Position numbers and translations under genes: made by a program | The notes under the pieces: generated by a model | What the model saw: the letters and a program-made list of their open reading frames with translations, nothing else | Told to the model about the DNA's origin: nothing | The model's database searches: none | Shown: piece by piece, positions 28,115 to 37,269 of the stretch | How the letters are laid out: every line of letters starts with the position of its first letter | Numbering within the stretch: the first letter of the stretch is position 1 | Source of the DNA: an uncultured bacterium | GTDB lineage: Bacteria > SAR324 > NAC60-12 | Assembly: GCA_965662845.1 (NCBI GenBank) | Contig: CBFIJD010000004.1 | Location: 20,986 to 84,985, forward strand | DNA length: 64,000 nt | Direction: 5' to 3'

Positions 28115-28825
28115 TTAGCTGGGTTGATAGGCGACGTGTACGGTTGAAGCGCCAAACACGAAGTCGTAGTAATCGGCTTGCTGAAATCCCATTTCGAGCA
28201 AGATGCGTTTGAGGGACTCTTGGTCGGGGTAGCGCACCGACGATTGTGGCAGGTATGTGAACATCTCTTGTCCGGACATCAGCCATTGTCCCATGCGAGG
28301 GACGATCGTGAAGAAGTAAAAGCGGCTCAAGTGGTCGATGACCGGCAAACGAACTTTGCCTACATCCAAGCTAACCAAGACCCCCCCGGGTTGCAAGACG
28401 CGCCGAATTTCGCGCAAGCCTTGGCGCAAATCGCTGAGATTGCGCAACCCATAGCCCACCGTGACCGCAGCGAAGTGCCCCGCAGGGAAGGGCAGCTGCA
28501 GCGCGTCGCCGCGAATGTAGGTGATGTCGCCGGTGTTGCGCTCTGCGGCGATGGCGAGCATGTCCCGCGCAAAGTCTACCCCGACGACTTCCACGTCAGG
28601 GTGCTGTTTGCGGATGGCGCGCGCGATGTCTCCCGTCCCACAACACAGATCAAGGCAGCGCTCGCCAGCGCGGAGCCCGGTTTGACGGGCCACAAAACGC
28701 TTCCAATAGCGATGCATCCCGAAGGTAATCAGGTCGTTGAAGCGGTCATAAGCTCGGGCGATCTCGTTGAACTTGGCGTTTACATAAGCAGCTTTCTGCG
28801 CCGCGTCGGGCATTTGGTAGCTCAC
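28115..28825 (-). CDS. ubiE: UbiE/MenG family methyltransferase
   Basis: FNEIARAYDRFNDLITFGMHRYWK, LDLCCGTGD, GDALQLPF, GYGLRN, RRVLQPGG. Confidence 0.9.
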   Translation of the reverse strand: MSYQMPDAAQKAAYVNAKFNEIARAYDRFNDLITFGMHRYWKRFVARQTGLRAGERCLDLCCGTGDIARAIRKQHPDVEVVGVDFARDMLAIAAERNTGDITYIRGDALQLPFPAGHFAAVTVGYGLRNLSDLRQGLREIRRVLQPGGVLVSLDVGKVRLPVIDHLSRFYFFTIVPRMGQWLMSGQEMFTYLPQSSVRYPDQESLKRILLEMGFQQADYYDFVFGASTVHVAYQPS

Positions 28826-30177
28826 GCGACCTCTGGAGTGTGGCGGTTGACGACTTCGTGCATCCAGCGCAGGGACTGCAACGCGAAGTACAGCTGGTGT
28901 CCTTTTTTGCTGAAGAACGGATTCCCACGGACGATCTGATGCTGCGTAGCCGGCTCCCAGCTCAAGGCGGAAGACGTCGCTAGCGCTAGGTGGCAGAGCC
29001 CGTTCTTGTGGCTGTGGCGTTCTCCGGAGATGGGGCCGGCCATACCGGTCTCTGACAAGACCCAGTCAGCTTGCATTTGTAATTGGGCGATCTCTGCGAG
29101 CGAGCGCGCCATCTCTTCTGAGACGTTCGCTTCATCGTCACGGAGCTTACGCCCGAGCAGTCGTTCTTTTTCGTGCTTCCCATACGCGACGAGCCCCCCC
29201 ACAAAAAACTCTGACGCGCCCGTCAAGCTCACCCAAACCGCAGACAATCGACCTCCTGTGGTTGTCTCAACTACACCGAAGCGCGCCGCCAAGCCTTGCG
29301 CTGCTCGCCTGCGGAGCAAGCGGAGGAAGGCGCGCGCGGTCGCCTCAAGCTCTTGTTCCAGCTGCCAGCAGTGCTGTTCCCACTCGTTCATCGCGACCTG
29401 CAAGTCTCGCGAACAGAACAGCTCTCGCTCGCGCATCAGCTGAATCGCGTTCGCTGAGAGGAACCGGTCTAATCGATGCTGCGCTTGAACCGCGCGACGG
29501 ATCAGCGTGGAGGAGAGAAACAAAAACGGGCGCAGCTCGACGGGGAGCAGCTCTGGATGCAAAATCGAATGTTTGAGCGTTACGCCTCGCTGCTCTGGCA
29601 ACATGGCCAGCGCCTCTGTCGCGTCCGATTCAGGGCGAGGGACGACGAGCAGGTGTGATGGCTCAGCGAGGTCCAGCAGGTCGGTCTCGCCAAAGATGTG
29701 AGGGAGGAGCATCCGCTCGGCGAGGTCGGCGCCAATCAGGACTTTGACAGCGTTCGGGCTGCGGCTCTCCAGCGAAGACTGCTGCCAGATGTAGCGTACG
29801 TGATCCGCGAGGCGATAGGTCAGCTCTTGTTGGAACTCTAGCGTAGAGATCTGTAGCTCGACGGTAGGCAAGCGTAGGGGATCTGTCAGAGACGTGGCGT
29901 GTGCGACGGGGAAGACCGGCGGGGTGGCGCGGACGTCTGCGAGCAGCCGCTGTAGGAGCGCGAGGCGCAGGTGTTTTTCAGGGATCTGCTGGCGCTTGGT
30001 GGGGTCAGGGTGGTTGCCGTTGGAGAGGATGAAGACGACGCGCGCGATCTCAGGGAACTGGCGCAGCGCGATCTCGGTCACAAGCAGATGATGAAAGCCC
30101 GCAGGGTTCCCCGTGAGTGGAAAGAAGAGCGTGTCGCGCAGATCGTACACCGGCGCATCCGACAGAGCGGGGTTCAT
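28822..30177 (-). CDS. Fusion of NadD-like nucleotidyltransferase and CinA/PncC-like NMN deamidase
   Basis: N-terminal FFPLTGNPAGFHHL, LIGADL, LSSTLIR (NadD-like); C-terminal VETTTGG, FVGGLVAYG, VSEEMA, SETGMAGP (CinA C-terminal); ATG at 30177. Confidence 0.82.
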   Translation of the reverse strand: MNPALSDAPVYDLRDTLFFPLTGNPAGFHHLLVTEIALRQFPEIARVVFILSNGNHPDPTKRQQIPEKHLRLALLQRLLADVRATPPVFPVAHATSLTDPLRLPTVELQISTLEFQQELTYRLADHVRYIWQQSSLESRSPNAVKVLIGADLAERMLLPHIFGETDLLDLAEPSHLLVVPRPESDATEALAMLPEQRGVTLKHSILHPELLPVELRPFLFLSSTLIRRAVQAQHRLDRFLSANAIQLMRERELFCSRDLQVAMNEWEQHCWQLEQELEATARAFLRLLRRRAAQGLAARFGVVETTTGGRLSAVWVSLTGASEFFVGGLVAYGKHEKERLLGRKLRDDEANVSEEMARSLAEIAQLQMQADWVLSETGMAGPISGERHSHKNGLCHLALATSSALSWEPATQHQIVRGNPFFSKKGHQLYFALQSLRWMHEVVNRHTPEVA

Positions 30178-30199
30178 GTTGTTGCCAACTGAGAGGAGC

Positions 30200-31753
30200 T
30201 TAAGCCGCCGATTCGGCAGCGGTTTCAGACTGCAGCAACAGCAAGTTGAGCATTTTGAGCGTCGCGTTGACGGCGGCCATGACTTGGTCTCCATCGACGC
30301 CGATCGTTTGCATATTGCGCTCGCCCATTTTCCATGTGATCACCGCTTCGGTCAATGCGTCTGTTTGTCCGCTGCGGGGAATGCGCACTTCGTAGTCGAC
30401 TAGCTCTGGGCACTGCACTTGGCGGCGCTTGAGCACTTTTTTCAAGGCGTTCATGAAGGCGTCGTAGCCGCCGTTGCCGGAGCCCGTCTCGGTGTATTCT
30501 TTGCCTTCCCACTCCACGGCAATGGACGCGGTGGATTTGAGATGCAAGCCGCTGCTGACGCTGCAACCGACCAAGCGCAGGCTCTGCTGCACGTTGTTCT
30601 CCAGCACGTCGGTGACGATGAACGGCAAATCAGCCGGAGTAATGGTCTTCTTGGAGTCGCCAAGCGCGACAATGCGGTCGAGGACTTTGCGCAGGTTCTC
30701 GTCAGAGAGCTGTAAGCCGAGCTGTTCGAGGTTCTTCACGAGGGAGGCCTTCCCACTCATTTTGCCAAGGGCGTAGCTGCGCGTTCGACCGAAGCGTTCG
30801 GGCTTGATGGGGTTGTGGTAGAGCCCGCCTTTCTTGTCGCCGTCGGCGTGGATGCCGCTAGTTTGGGTGAAGACGTCGGTCCCGACGATCGGCGCGTTGG
30901 CGGCGAGGCGTTTGCCCGAGAAGGACTCAATCATCTCGCTGATGGGGACTAGGCTGCTCTCGTCGATGTTCAGCGTCGCTCCTGTTTTGTCGCGCAAGAC
31001 AACGGCGATCTCTGCGAGGGAGGCGTTCCCAGCGCGTTCGCCGAGGCAGTTCATGGTGCAGTGCAGGTGGCGAATCCCGGCTTTCACCGCGTAGAGGCAG
31101 TTGGCGGTGCCCAGTCCGTAGTCATTGTGTGGGTGGAAGTCGAGCGTGGCCCACGAGAATCGCGTCAGCATGTCGGTCATGCTGTCAAAAACGTCGGCAG
31201 GCGAGAGCACCCCCAGCGTATCTGGCAGCATGATGTGCTCAATGCCCAGCGGCTCAAGCCCAGCCATCATCTCATAGACGTAGTCCGGGCTATCGCGGTA
31301 GCCGTTGGACCAGTCTTCCAAGTAAGCGTTGACGCGCAAGCCGCTTGCTTTGGCGTATGCGACGGTCTGTTCGACGTCGGCCAGATGTTCTGGGAGCGTT
31401 TTACCGAGCTGGTTCCAGCAATGATTTTTGCTACCTTTGGTCAACAAATTCAGGACTTTGCCTCCCGCTCTCACAATCCAGTCCACGCTGCGTTTGTGGT
31501 CACAAAACCCGAGCACTTCGACTTGCTCTAGAAATCCGTGCTCGAACGCCCAATCCGTCACATTGCGCACCGCTTCTTGTTCCCCTGCTGAGATCCGCGC
31601 AGAAGCGATCTCGATGCGGTCGACTCGTACGCGCTGCAGGAGCGCCTTCGCGATGTTCACTTTTTCAGACGGAGTAAAGGAGACGCCTTGGGTTTGTTCG
31701 CCGTCACGCAGCGTGGTGTCCATCAGGCAGATGTGTGCGCCAGCTAAGTTCAT
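30200..31753 (-). CDS. cimA: (R)-citramalate synthase (LeuA family, Leptospira-type)
   Basis: DTTLRDGEQTQGVSF, VDRIEIASAR, VLNLLTKGS, LEDWSNG, FHPHNDYGL, GERAGNA, C-terminal regulatory domain. Confidence 0.85.
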   Translation of the reverse strand: MNLAGAHICLMDTTLRDGEQTQGVSFTPSEKVNIAKALLQRVRVDRIEIASARISAGEQEAVRNVTDWAFEHGFLEQVEVLGFCDHKRSVDWIVRAGGKVLNLLTKGSKNHCWNQLGKTLPEHLADVEQTVAYAKASGLRVNAYLEDWSNGYRDSPDYVYEMMAGLEPLGIEHIMLPDTLGVLSPADVFDSMTDMLTRFSWATLDFHPHNDYGLGTANCLYAVKAGIRHLHCTMNCLGERAGNASLAEIAVVLRDKTGATLNIDESSLVPISEMIESFSGKRLAANAPIVGTDVFTQTSGIHADGDKKGGLYHNPIKPERFGRTRSYALGKMSGKASLVKNLEQLGLQLSDENLRKVLDRIVALGDSKKTITPADLPFIVTDVLENNVQQSLRLVGCSVSSGLHLKSTASIAVEWEGKEYTETGSGNGGYDAFMNALKKVLKRRQVQCPELVDYEVRIPRSGQTDALTEAVITWKMGERNMQTIGVDGDQVMAAVNATLKMLNLLLLQSETAAESAA

Positions 31754-31826
31754 GGGGAGGCCATCAGCAACGGGTGAAAAAAGGAAGCGAATGTAGCAAA
31801 GGTCTGACGGCCTTGCAATGCAGGAC

Positions 31827-32816
31827 TTACTCAGCGGGGTATAAGAGCAATTCTTGCCCCATATCGAGGAAGATGAGCTCCTGTTGGTGCGTTTGCGTCG
31901 CTTGCTCTAAAAATGCGACGGACTGACTGAATTGGTCCGCAAATTCGGGGAACGGGCGCAAAGGCTTGTGTATTGAGCGCATGAAGTTGTCCCAGTGGAC
32001 TGGGATGAGGCGACTTGCTCCGACCGCCAGAGCCGTCTCGCGGAAGTAAGCTTGTTGGTTCTCGGGGGTTTGTTTGCCCAGCCCCGCAATGCCGAGGAAG
32101 ATGACATCAGCGGGCTTGTCCGTCAGCAAGTCCTCCACATAGCCTGAGCTACCATGCACAATCACATTTCCCAAGGGATGCTCGACATAGACCACATAGG
32201 TGCCGCCTTCTTTATAGGCGTTCAGTGGGGCCGGAGTGCGCAGCGGCTCGGTAATCTCTTGCCCGATGCCCAGATCTTCCGACATCCGCTCTGGCATCGG
32301 TGTGTGCTTAGAGCGCAAAAACGTGACACGAAATTTCCCAAATTGCAGGGTGTCGCCGTCCTCAATGATCGTGATTTGTTCTTCTGGAAGATTTTGCCCC
32401 CGTCCAATGAAGGCGGTGGAAGTCGAGCCGACCAGCTGTGCCCCTGTTTGACGGGCCACTTCGGGGGCGTCCATCGCGTGGTCGTGATGGGAGTGTTGGG
32501 CAATCACCGCGGCCAGTCGACTGGCATCGACCAGCGACAGTCCATAGGCAATGTCTGCGGGCTTTGGCGCCAGCTCGCCTAGCATCATCTCGTCGAGCCC
32601 AGGGCGACTAAAGAAGCCATCTGTCAAAATGGCGGTTTCGCCGTCATCCAGCAACACGTTGGTGTTGCCTAAAAAGAACGCATGCAGCCCTTGTGTCTCG
32701 TGACGCGCGGCCTCCGCAGGAGCGAAGTATGGACGAACGCCTTGCAGCCCCTCCGGGTTCTCCCAGAAAGAACAAGAAGCTAACAAGGCCAAGAGGCTCA
32801 GCACGAAGAGTTTCAT
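31827..32816 (-). CDS. MBL-fold metallo-hydrolase lipoprotein
   Basis: Lipobox LASC; ILTDGFFSRP; HSHHDH; PVHWD. Confidence 0.85.
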   Translation of the reverse strand: MKLFVLSLLALLASCSFWENPEGLQGVRPYFAPAEAARHETQGLHAFFLGNTNVLLDDGETAILTDGFFSRPGLDEMMLGELAPKPADIAYGLSLVDASRLAAVIAQHSHHDHAMDAPEVARQTGAQLVGSTSTAFIGRGQNLPEEQITIIEDGDTLQFGKFRVTFLRSKHTPMPERMSEDLGIGQEITEPLRTPAPLNAYKEGGTYVVYVEHPLGNVIVHGSSGYVEDLLTDKPADVIFLGIAGLGKQTPENQQAYFRETALAVGASRLIPVHWDNFMRSIHKPLRPFPEFADQFSQSVAFLEQATQTHQQELIFLDMGQELLLYPAE

Positions 32817-32841
32817 TTGTGATCTCCGGTGGAAGTTTGAG

Positions 32842-33816
32842 ATGCAGATCGGGTTTGCTTTTCATGATGACCAACCTCCCTCAAAATTCTATCCGTCAAC
32901 GCACGGAGTGCCGCTCCGTTTTGCCGATTTGCCCACCTCTCAGCATCGCCGCATACGCTCCCGCCCACAAATTGAGTCCATCGCGGAAAAACATTTGCAA
33001 CTGAACCAGAGAAAACGTACTTTCCTGCCGATCTTTGTCTTTTACTCCCTAAGAAGCTGCGAGGAATCTTATGCACGAATTCAATATCTTAGTCACCTTC
33101 GGAGCCGTCTCCGCCGTATATCTCATCATTTTTTTTGCCGCCGAGTTCATGTTCATGAAGGAGCCCGAAGAAAAGTAATTGTCTTCTCGGCAGGTGTGCT
33201 TCTCAGCGCCTGCCAAACCGCCGCCCCCCCGACTTCGCCTACAGATTCCATGCCTCCCACCGCCTACGTCTACACTGGCAGGTTGCTCCTTCAATCCAGC
33301 CAAGTCTCCCAGACAGGAGACACCGAGCTGTATTTGCAAGAGGGTGGCTTGCGGCTTGTCATTCTTGCGCCCTTGCTCGGAACTCGGCTCTTGGAAATCC
33401 GCGCCAATGAACAGCAAGTGCTCATCCTCGACTATCAAAAACAACGCTTTGAACAAAAACCCAACACCGCAGAATTGCGCGAAGAGTGGCTCGGGGTCGA
33501 TTTGTCGCCGCAAGAGCTTCGACTTTTGTTGACAACCCCCAACGCCTTGCTCCAGGAGTCCGAGCGCTGGCAGCTTCCCCAAAGCGCGACCACGGAGATG
33601 GTGCTCCAACGGCAAGACGCCACAGGGGCGGTTCGTTTGACGATACAGGTTCGTAGTTGGCAGGAAGACGCAAACGGGAGGTATCCCTACAGATTGGAGG
33701 TGCAGGATGAGCAGAGCGGGAACCGTCTCGTTCTGGTGGTTCGAGAGCGCGCTCCTCTGCCGACGATCCGGCTGGACTTCACACCGCCAGAGGCGTTTCC
33801 TCCGGCTTCGTCATGA
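32842..33816 (+). CDS. LolB-like/DUF4292-like outer-membrane lipoprotein; start uncertain
   Basis: RRK-hydrophobic-LSAC lipoprotein signal at about 33165-33213, then beta-rich LRLVILAPLLG..LEI..N....LILDY domain; the upstream part of the ORF is probably not translated. Confidence 0.6.
   Translation: MQIGFAFHDDQPPSKFYPSTHGVPLRFADLPTSQHRRIRSRPQIESIAEKHLQLNQRKRTFLPIFVFYSLRSCEESYARIQYLSHLRSRLRRISHHFFCRRVHVHEGARRKVIVFSAGVLLSACQTAAPPTSPTDSMPPTAYVYTGRLLLQSSQVSQTGDTELYLQEGGLRLVILAPLLGTRLLEIRANEQQVLILDYQKQRFEQKPNTAELREEWLGVDLSPQELRLLLTTPNALLQESERWQLPQSATTEMVLQRQDATGAVRLTIQVRSWQEDANGRYPYRLEVQDEQSGNRLVLVVRERAPLPTIRLDFTPPEAFPPASS
33071..33178 (+). CDS. Small single-TM protein (35 aa)
   Basis: GAGGA RBS then MHEFNILVTFGAVSAVYLIIFFAAEFMFMKEPEEK*; below the ORF-track cutoff. 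Confidence 0.55.
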   Translation: MHEFNILVTFGAVSAVYLIIFFAAEFMFMKEPEEK

Positions 33817-34968
33817 TGGAGTTCGCGGAGAGCGCAGCACCTGACGCTGCTCTAGGTAGGCCACATAGTCCGCCGCCGCGCGCGCGTAAGCGCCGGGTTC
33901 CCCAAGCATTTGCCTCACCTGCTCTAGGTCATCTTGGGTTCGTGAGTAAACAGCGGGGTCGGTCAACAGCGTGCTCAAGTGAGCGGCGAGGTTGGACGGC
34001 GTCAGGTCATTTTGGAGCAACTCAGGGATGATCTCTCGCTTGGCAAGGATGTTGACGATGCCCAAGTGCTCGACCTCCGCCATTTGTTGAGCGAGCCAAA
34101 AACTCACCGGAGCCACCTTGTAAATCAACACGAACGGCACTCCCGCCAGCCCCGTTTGCAGAGTCGCAGTCCCTGACGCGACCGCAGCGACGGTCGCCAC
34201 GTGCACACACAGCTCAAAATTGCCTTCGACCACTTGCACCGGAAATCCTTGTGCCTGTTGACGCGCCTCCTCAAGCTTGAGTCCATGGGCAATGGGCAAC
34301 AAAAAGTGCAGGTCTGGGAGCTGCTGATTCAGGAGGGCTGCGGCTTCTAGCAAAACGGGCAGGTGGCGCTCCAGCTCGCTGGGGCGACTCCCTGGGCCCA
34401 AGGCCACAACTCGCTTCTCTCGCGCGATCCCCAACGCATCACGAAACGCCAGCACGTCCGACGGATCGGGGAGCGTCTCTAGCAGAGGATGTCCCCAAAA
34501 CTTCGCATCTACCGGGGTGGAAGCATACAGCTCTTCTTCAAAGGGGAACTGCACAATCAGTTTGTCGACAATCGCAGCGATCTTGTGAATGCGGCCTTTG
34601 CGCCACGCCCAGACCTGCGGGCTATTGAAGAACAAGACTGGAATGCCACGAGATTTCGCATACGCCGCGAGTTTCAGGTTGAAGCCCGGATAGTCGACCA
34701 GTAACACCGCGTCTGGTTTTTCTTCATCTAAAGAATCCCGCAGGTTCCAAAGTATGCGATACAGTCGGGGTAAGTGACGCAGCACTTCGACGAGGCCATG
34801 GACTTGTAGCGCGTCCAGCATGTGATACGGGCGCAGGCCTTGCTGCAGCATAAGGTGACCGCCAATGCCATACGTCTCGAGGTTCGGCACCTGTCGTTGC
34901 AGGTGATGGAGCAACGCAGCCCCATGCCGATCGCCAGACGCTTCTCCAGCCACGACGAGCAGTTTCAT
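33811..34968 (-). CDS. lpxB: Lipid-A-disaccharide synthase
   Basis: VAGEASGD, LVDYPGFN, SPQVWAWR, FPFE, GHPL, PGSR, SGTATL. Confidence 0.97.
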   Translation of the reverse strand: MKLLVVAGEASGDRHGAALLHHLQRQVPNLETYGIGGHLMLQQGLRPYHMLDALQVHGLVEVLRHLPRLYRILWNLRDSLDEEKPDAVLLVDYPGFNLKLAAYAKSRGIPVLFFNSPQVWAWRKGRIHKIAAIVDKLIVQFPFEEELYASTPVDAKFWGHPLLETLPDPSDVLAFRDALGIAREKRVVALGPGSRPSELERHLPVLLEAAALLNQQLPDLHFLLPIAHGLKLEEARQQAQGFPVQVVEGNFELCVHVATVAAVASGTATLQTGLAGVPFVLIYKVAPVSFWLAQQMAEVEHLGIVNILAKREIIPELLQNDLTPSNLAAHLSTLLTDPAVYSRTQDDLEQVRQMLGEPGAYARAAADYVAYLEQRQVLRSPRTPS

Positions 34969-34975
34969 AGTTGGC

Positions 34976-35404
34976 TCATAAGTCTCTCTCGTTGAAGGCT
35001 AACCCTACCTGCGCAAAGCCTTCGTTCTTCAGCAGCAGCATCAAGCGGATGAGGAATCCGTGCGCGACTCGCTTGTCCATTTGCAGATACACCGGTCTGT
35101 TGCGCGACAACCCTTCCTCTTCGCGCAAAAAGGCTTCAAAGTCGGCCATGGAATATGTCTGCTCTGCGAAAAAGATGTTCTCTTCCGCATCAATCGCAAC
35201 GACGAGGTTGCCTTGACGATTTTCTGGGGTTGCCTGTTTCAATTGGCCTTGAGGCAATTCAATGGGCAACGATTGGGTGATGAGCGGCGCAGAGATCATG
35301 AAGGCGATGAGGACCACGAGCAGGATGTCGACGAATGGCGTGACATTGATGTCAGAGAGCGGTTCGCTGCGCTGCGAACGCAGGCGTCTAAGCGTTCTTT
35401 TCAT
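34976..35404 (-). CDS. tolR: TolR/ExbD biopolymer transport protein
   Basis: INVTPFVDILLVVLIAFMISAP; downstream of tolQ and pal-like genes. Confidence 0.88.
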   Translation of the reverse strand: MKRTLRRLRSQRSEPLSDINVTPFVDILLVVLIAFMISAPLITQSLPIELPQGQLKQATPENRQGNLVVAIDAEENIFFAEQTYSMADFEAFLREEEGLSRNRPVYLQMDKRVAHGFLIRLMLLLKNEGFAQVGLAFNERDL

Positions 35405-36080
35405 GTGAGGCTAGCAACTGGAACTGCAACCGTTTGAGAAATTGCAGGGCAAGCCCTTCCATTTCTTCAGAGTTCGCACGACTCAAAGCCCGGAACACGT
35501 TGTATCCCAGCGCAGCAGGAATCGCGGCGAACAAGCCGGCTCCTGTGGCGACAAGGGCTTCCGAGATGCCGGGCCCAACCACGGTCAATTCCACAGACTG
35601 AAGGTTCGCGATGCTTTGGAAGGTGTTGATGATGCCAATCACGGTCCCAAACAAGCCGATGAATGGGGCCGTCACAGAGATCGTGGCCAACGTCGTTTGC
35701 CCCGCTTGCAGCTTGCGCTCTTCTTGGAGGATGCCGGCCTCAAACGCGCGCTCCAGCAGCTCCAGCAGCTCTTGTCGGTGTTCGGAGGGGTTGTCGCGAT
35801 ACAGTTTCAAATATTGTTCAATTTCTTGATCCCCAATTACCATCAGCCGCTGTAGCGGGCCTTCTGGCAGCTCCTCTAGCTTGCTGCGAAAACGCCCCAG
35901 AGTCGGTTCGTTGTGGAAGAACTCGCGCAGGGTCGCGTTCGCCGAACGAAAGTTGCGAAAGCGTACCCATTGGCGCAGCAGGATCGCCCAAACGGCGAGG
36001 GAGCATCCAAGCAAAACCAGCAGCACAAGGACCGCGAACGGCCCCGATTGCAAAACTGATGAAAATAAGGAATTGACCAT
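35388..36080 (-). CDS. tolQ: TolQ/ExbB proton channel protein
   Basis: APFIGLFGTVIGII, VVGPGISEALVATGAGLFAAIPA; ATG at 36080. Confidence 0.9.
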   Translation of the reverse strand: MVNSLFSSVLQSGPFAVLVLLVLLGCSLAVWAILLRQWVRFRNFRSANATLREFFHNEPTLGRFRSKLEELPEGPLQRLMVIGDQEIEQYLKLYRDNPSEHRQELLELLERAFEAGILQEERKLQAGQTTLATISVTAPFIGLFGTVIGIINTFQSIANLQSVELTVVGPGISEALVATGAGLFAAIPAALGYNVFRALSRANSEEMEGLALQFLKRLQFQLLASHEKNA

Positions 36081-36091
36081 TGGGAAGGGAA

Positions 36092-36907
36092 TCAGGGGCG
36101 CAAGAGGAAGGTGAACATTACGCGACGATTTTCGCTCCAAGCGCGCTCAGACGACTGGGGGACCGCGGGATACTCTTCGCCAAAGCTGACCGTCTGTAAG
36201 GTGGTTGGATCGGTGACATACACTTTGAGGAGGTCGCGCACTGCGTTGGCTCGGTGGTGCCCTAGCACCAAATTGTATTCTTCGTTGCCTCGCTCGTCGG
36301 CGTGCCCTTCAATTTGCAAGATCATGTCGCCACGGCGCTCTAGCTCGCGCAACACCGACCGAGCCGACTGAATCAGCTGTTCTTGATACTGTGAGCGAAC
36401 TTCACTCTTATCGAACTCGAAGTACACGCGCGGCAAGAGCAAGTCGGCGCGCTCGTCTCGAATGGGCGGGATCCCCAAGCGCTGATATTCTTGGAGTTGT
36501 TCATAAATCGCGGCGATCAACTCGCGCTGCTCCTCTTCGTTCATTGTTGAGAACGAGTTCAAGTCTGGCCCTGCGCTGCGGTTCAGGAACTGTGGTAGCA
36601 AAGCCGCCGTCTCGGGCTCACGAACCGTCTCTTCCTCCTCAACACGCTCGCGCTGCTTCGCTTCCAGTTGACGCATCAGGTTCTCCCGCTCTAGTTGGCG
36701 GCGACGATATTCTTCGTCCACGTCAGGTTCCGTGTCTTCGCTTGCGCTAGCGGTTTGCAGTTCACGGGGTGTGCTGGGCACCGAGGGTTCTGTCTCCGCG
36801 GCAGTCTCTGTGCTCTCTTCCGGAGGTTGAGGAGGGAAAAAGTAGTCGGTACATCCTCCAAGCAAAACAAGACTGCTACCAAGTAGAAGGGGCCAGATTC
36901 GATGCAT
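36092..36907 (-). CDS. pal: Pal/OmpA-family peptidoglycan-associated lipoprotein with extended N-terminus
   Basis: Lipobox LGGC; VYFEFDKS, IEGHADERG..EYNL.LG..RA..V, SFGEE.P, NRRV. Confidence 0.85.
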   Translation of the reverse strand: MHRIWPLLLGSSLVLLGGCTDYFFPPQPPEESTETAAETEPSVPSTPRELQTASASEDTEPDVDEEYRRRQLERENLMRQLEAKQRERVEEEETVREPETAALLPQFLNRSAGPDLNSFSTMNEEEQRELIAAIYEQLQEYQRLGIPPIRDERADLLLPRVYFEFDKSEVRSQYQEQLIQSARSVLRELERRGDMILQIEGHADERGNEEYNLVLGHHRANAVRDLLKVYVTDPTTLQTVSFGEEYPAVPQSSERAWSENRRVMFTFLLRP

Positions 36908-37269
36908 TTGCAAAACAGTTTTTGAGGTTGGGCGGATGGCCTAAACGATTCCAATCAACTTGGCCGGTTCGACAATATTTATGTTTGAGAAGTTCATGCA
37001 CGTCTTGCACCTAGCGTCCCAAACGAGCTTGAGCGTCCATAGCCATAACGACTTTGTGACAAAGATGCGAGGAAGAATTTCTGACATCCACCTGAAAATT
37101 AGCTATTAAATTTACGAAAAACTACGCATACTCCGCGACTTACTGCGAAGCGCTTCTTGCGTAAGGTGCTTAGGAACCAGAGAATCCGAAGCCGCTGAGA
37201 AGCACTTTCACAGGATTTGCAAACCTTGTCGTTCATCCCCTATTTCCTCAATTCAGGCAGAAGAAAGTT

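Noticed and set aside
33049-33615. 188-aa minus-strand ORF opposite the LolB-like gene
   Set aside because: No motif or signal; the plus strand has the lipobox and a plausible fold.
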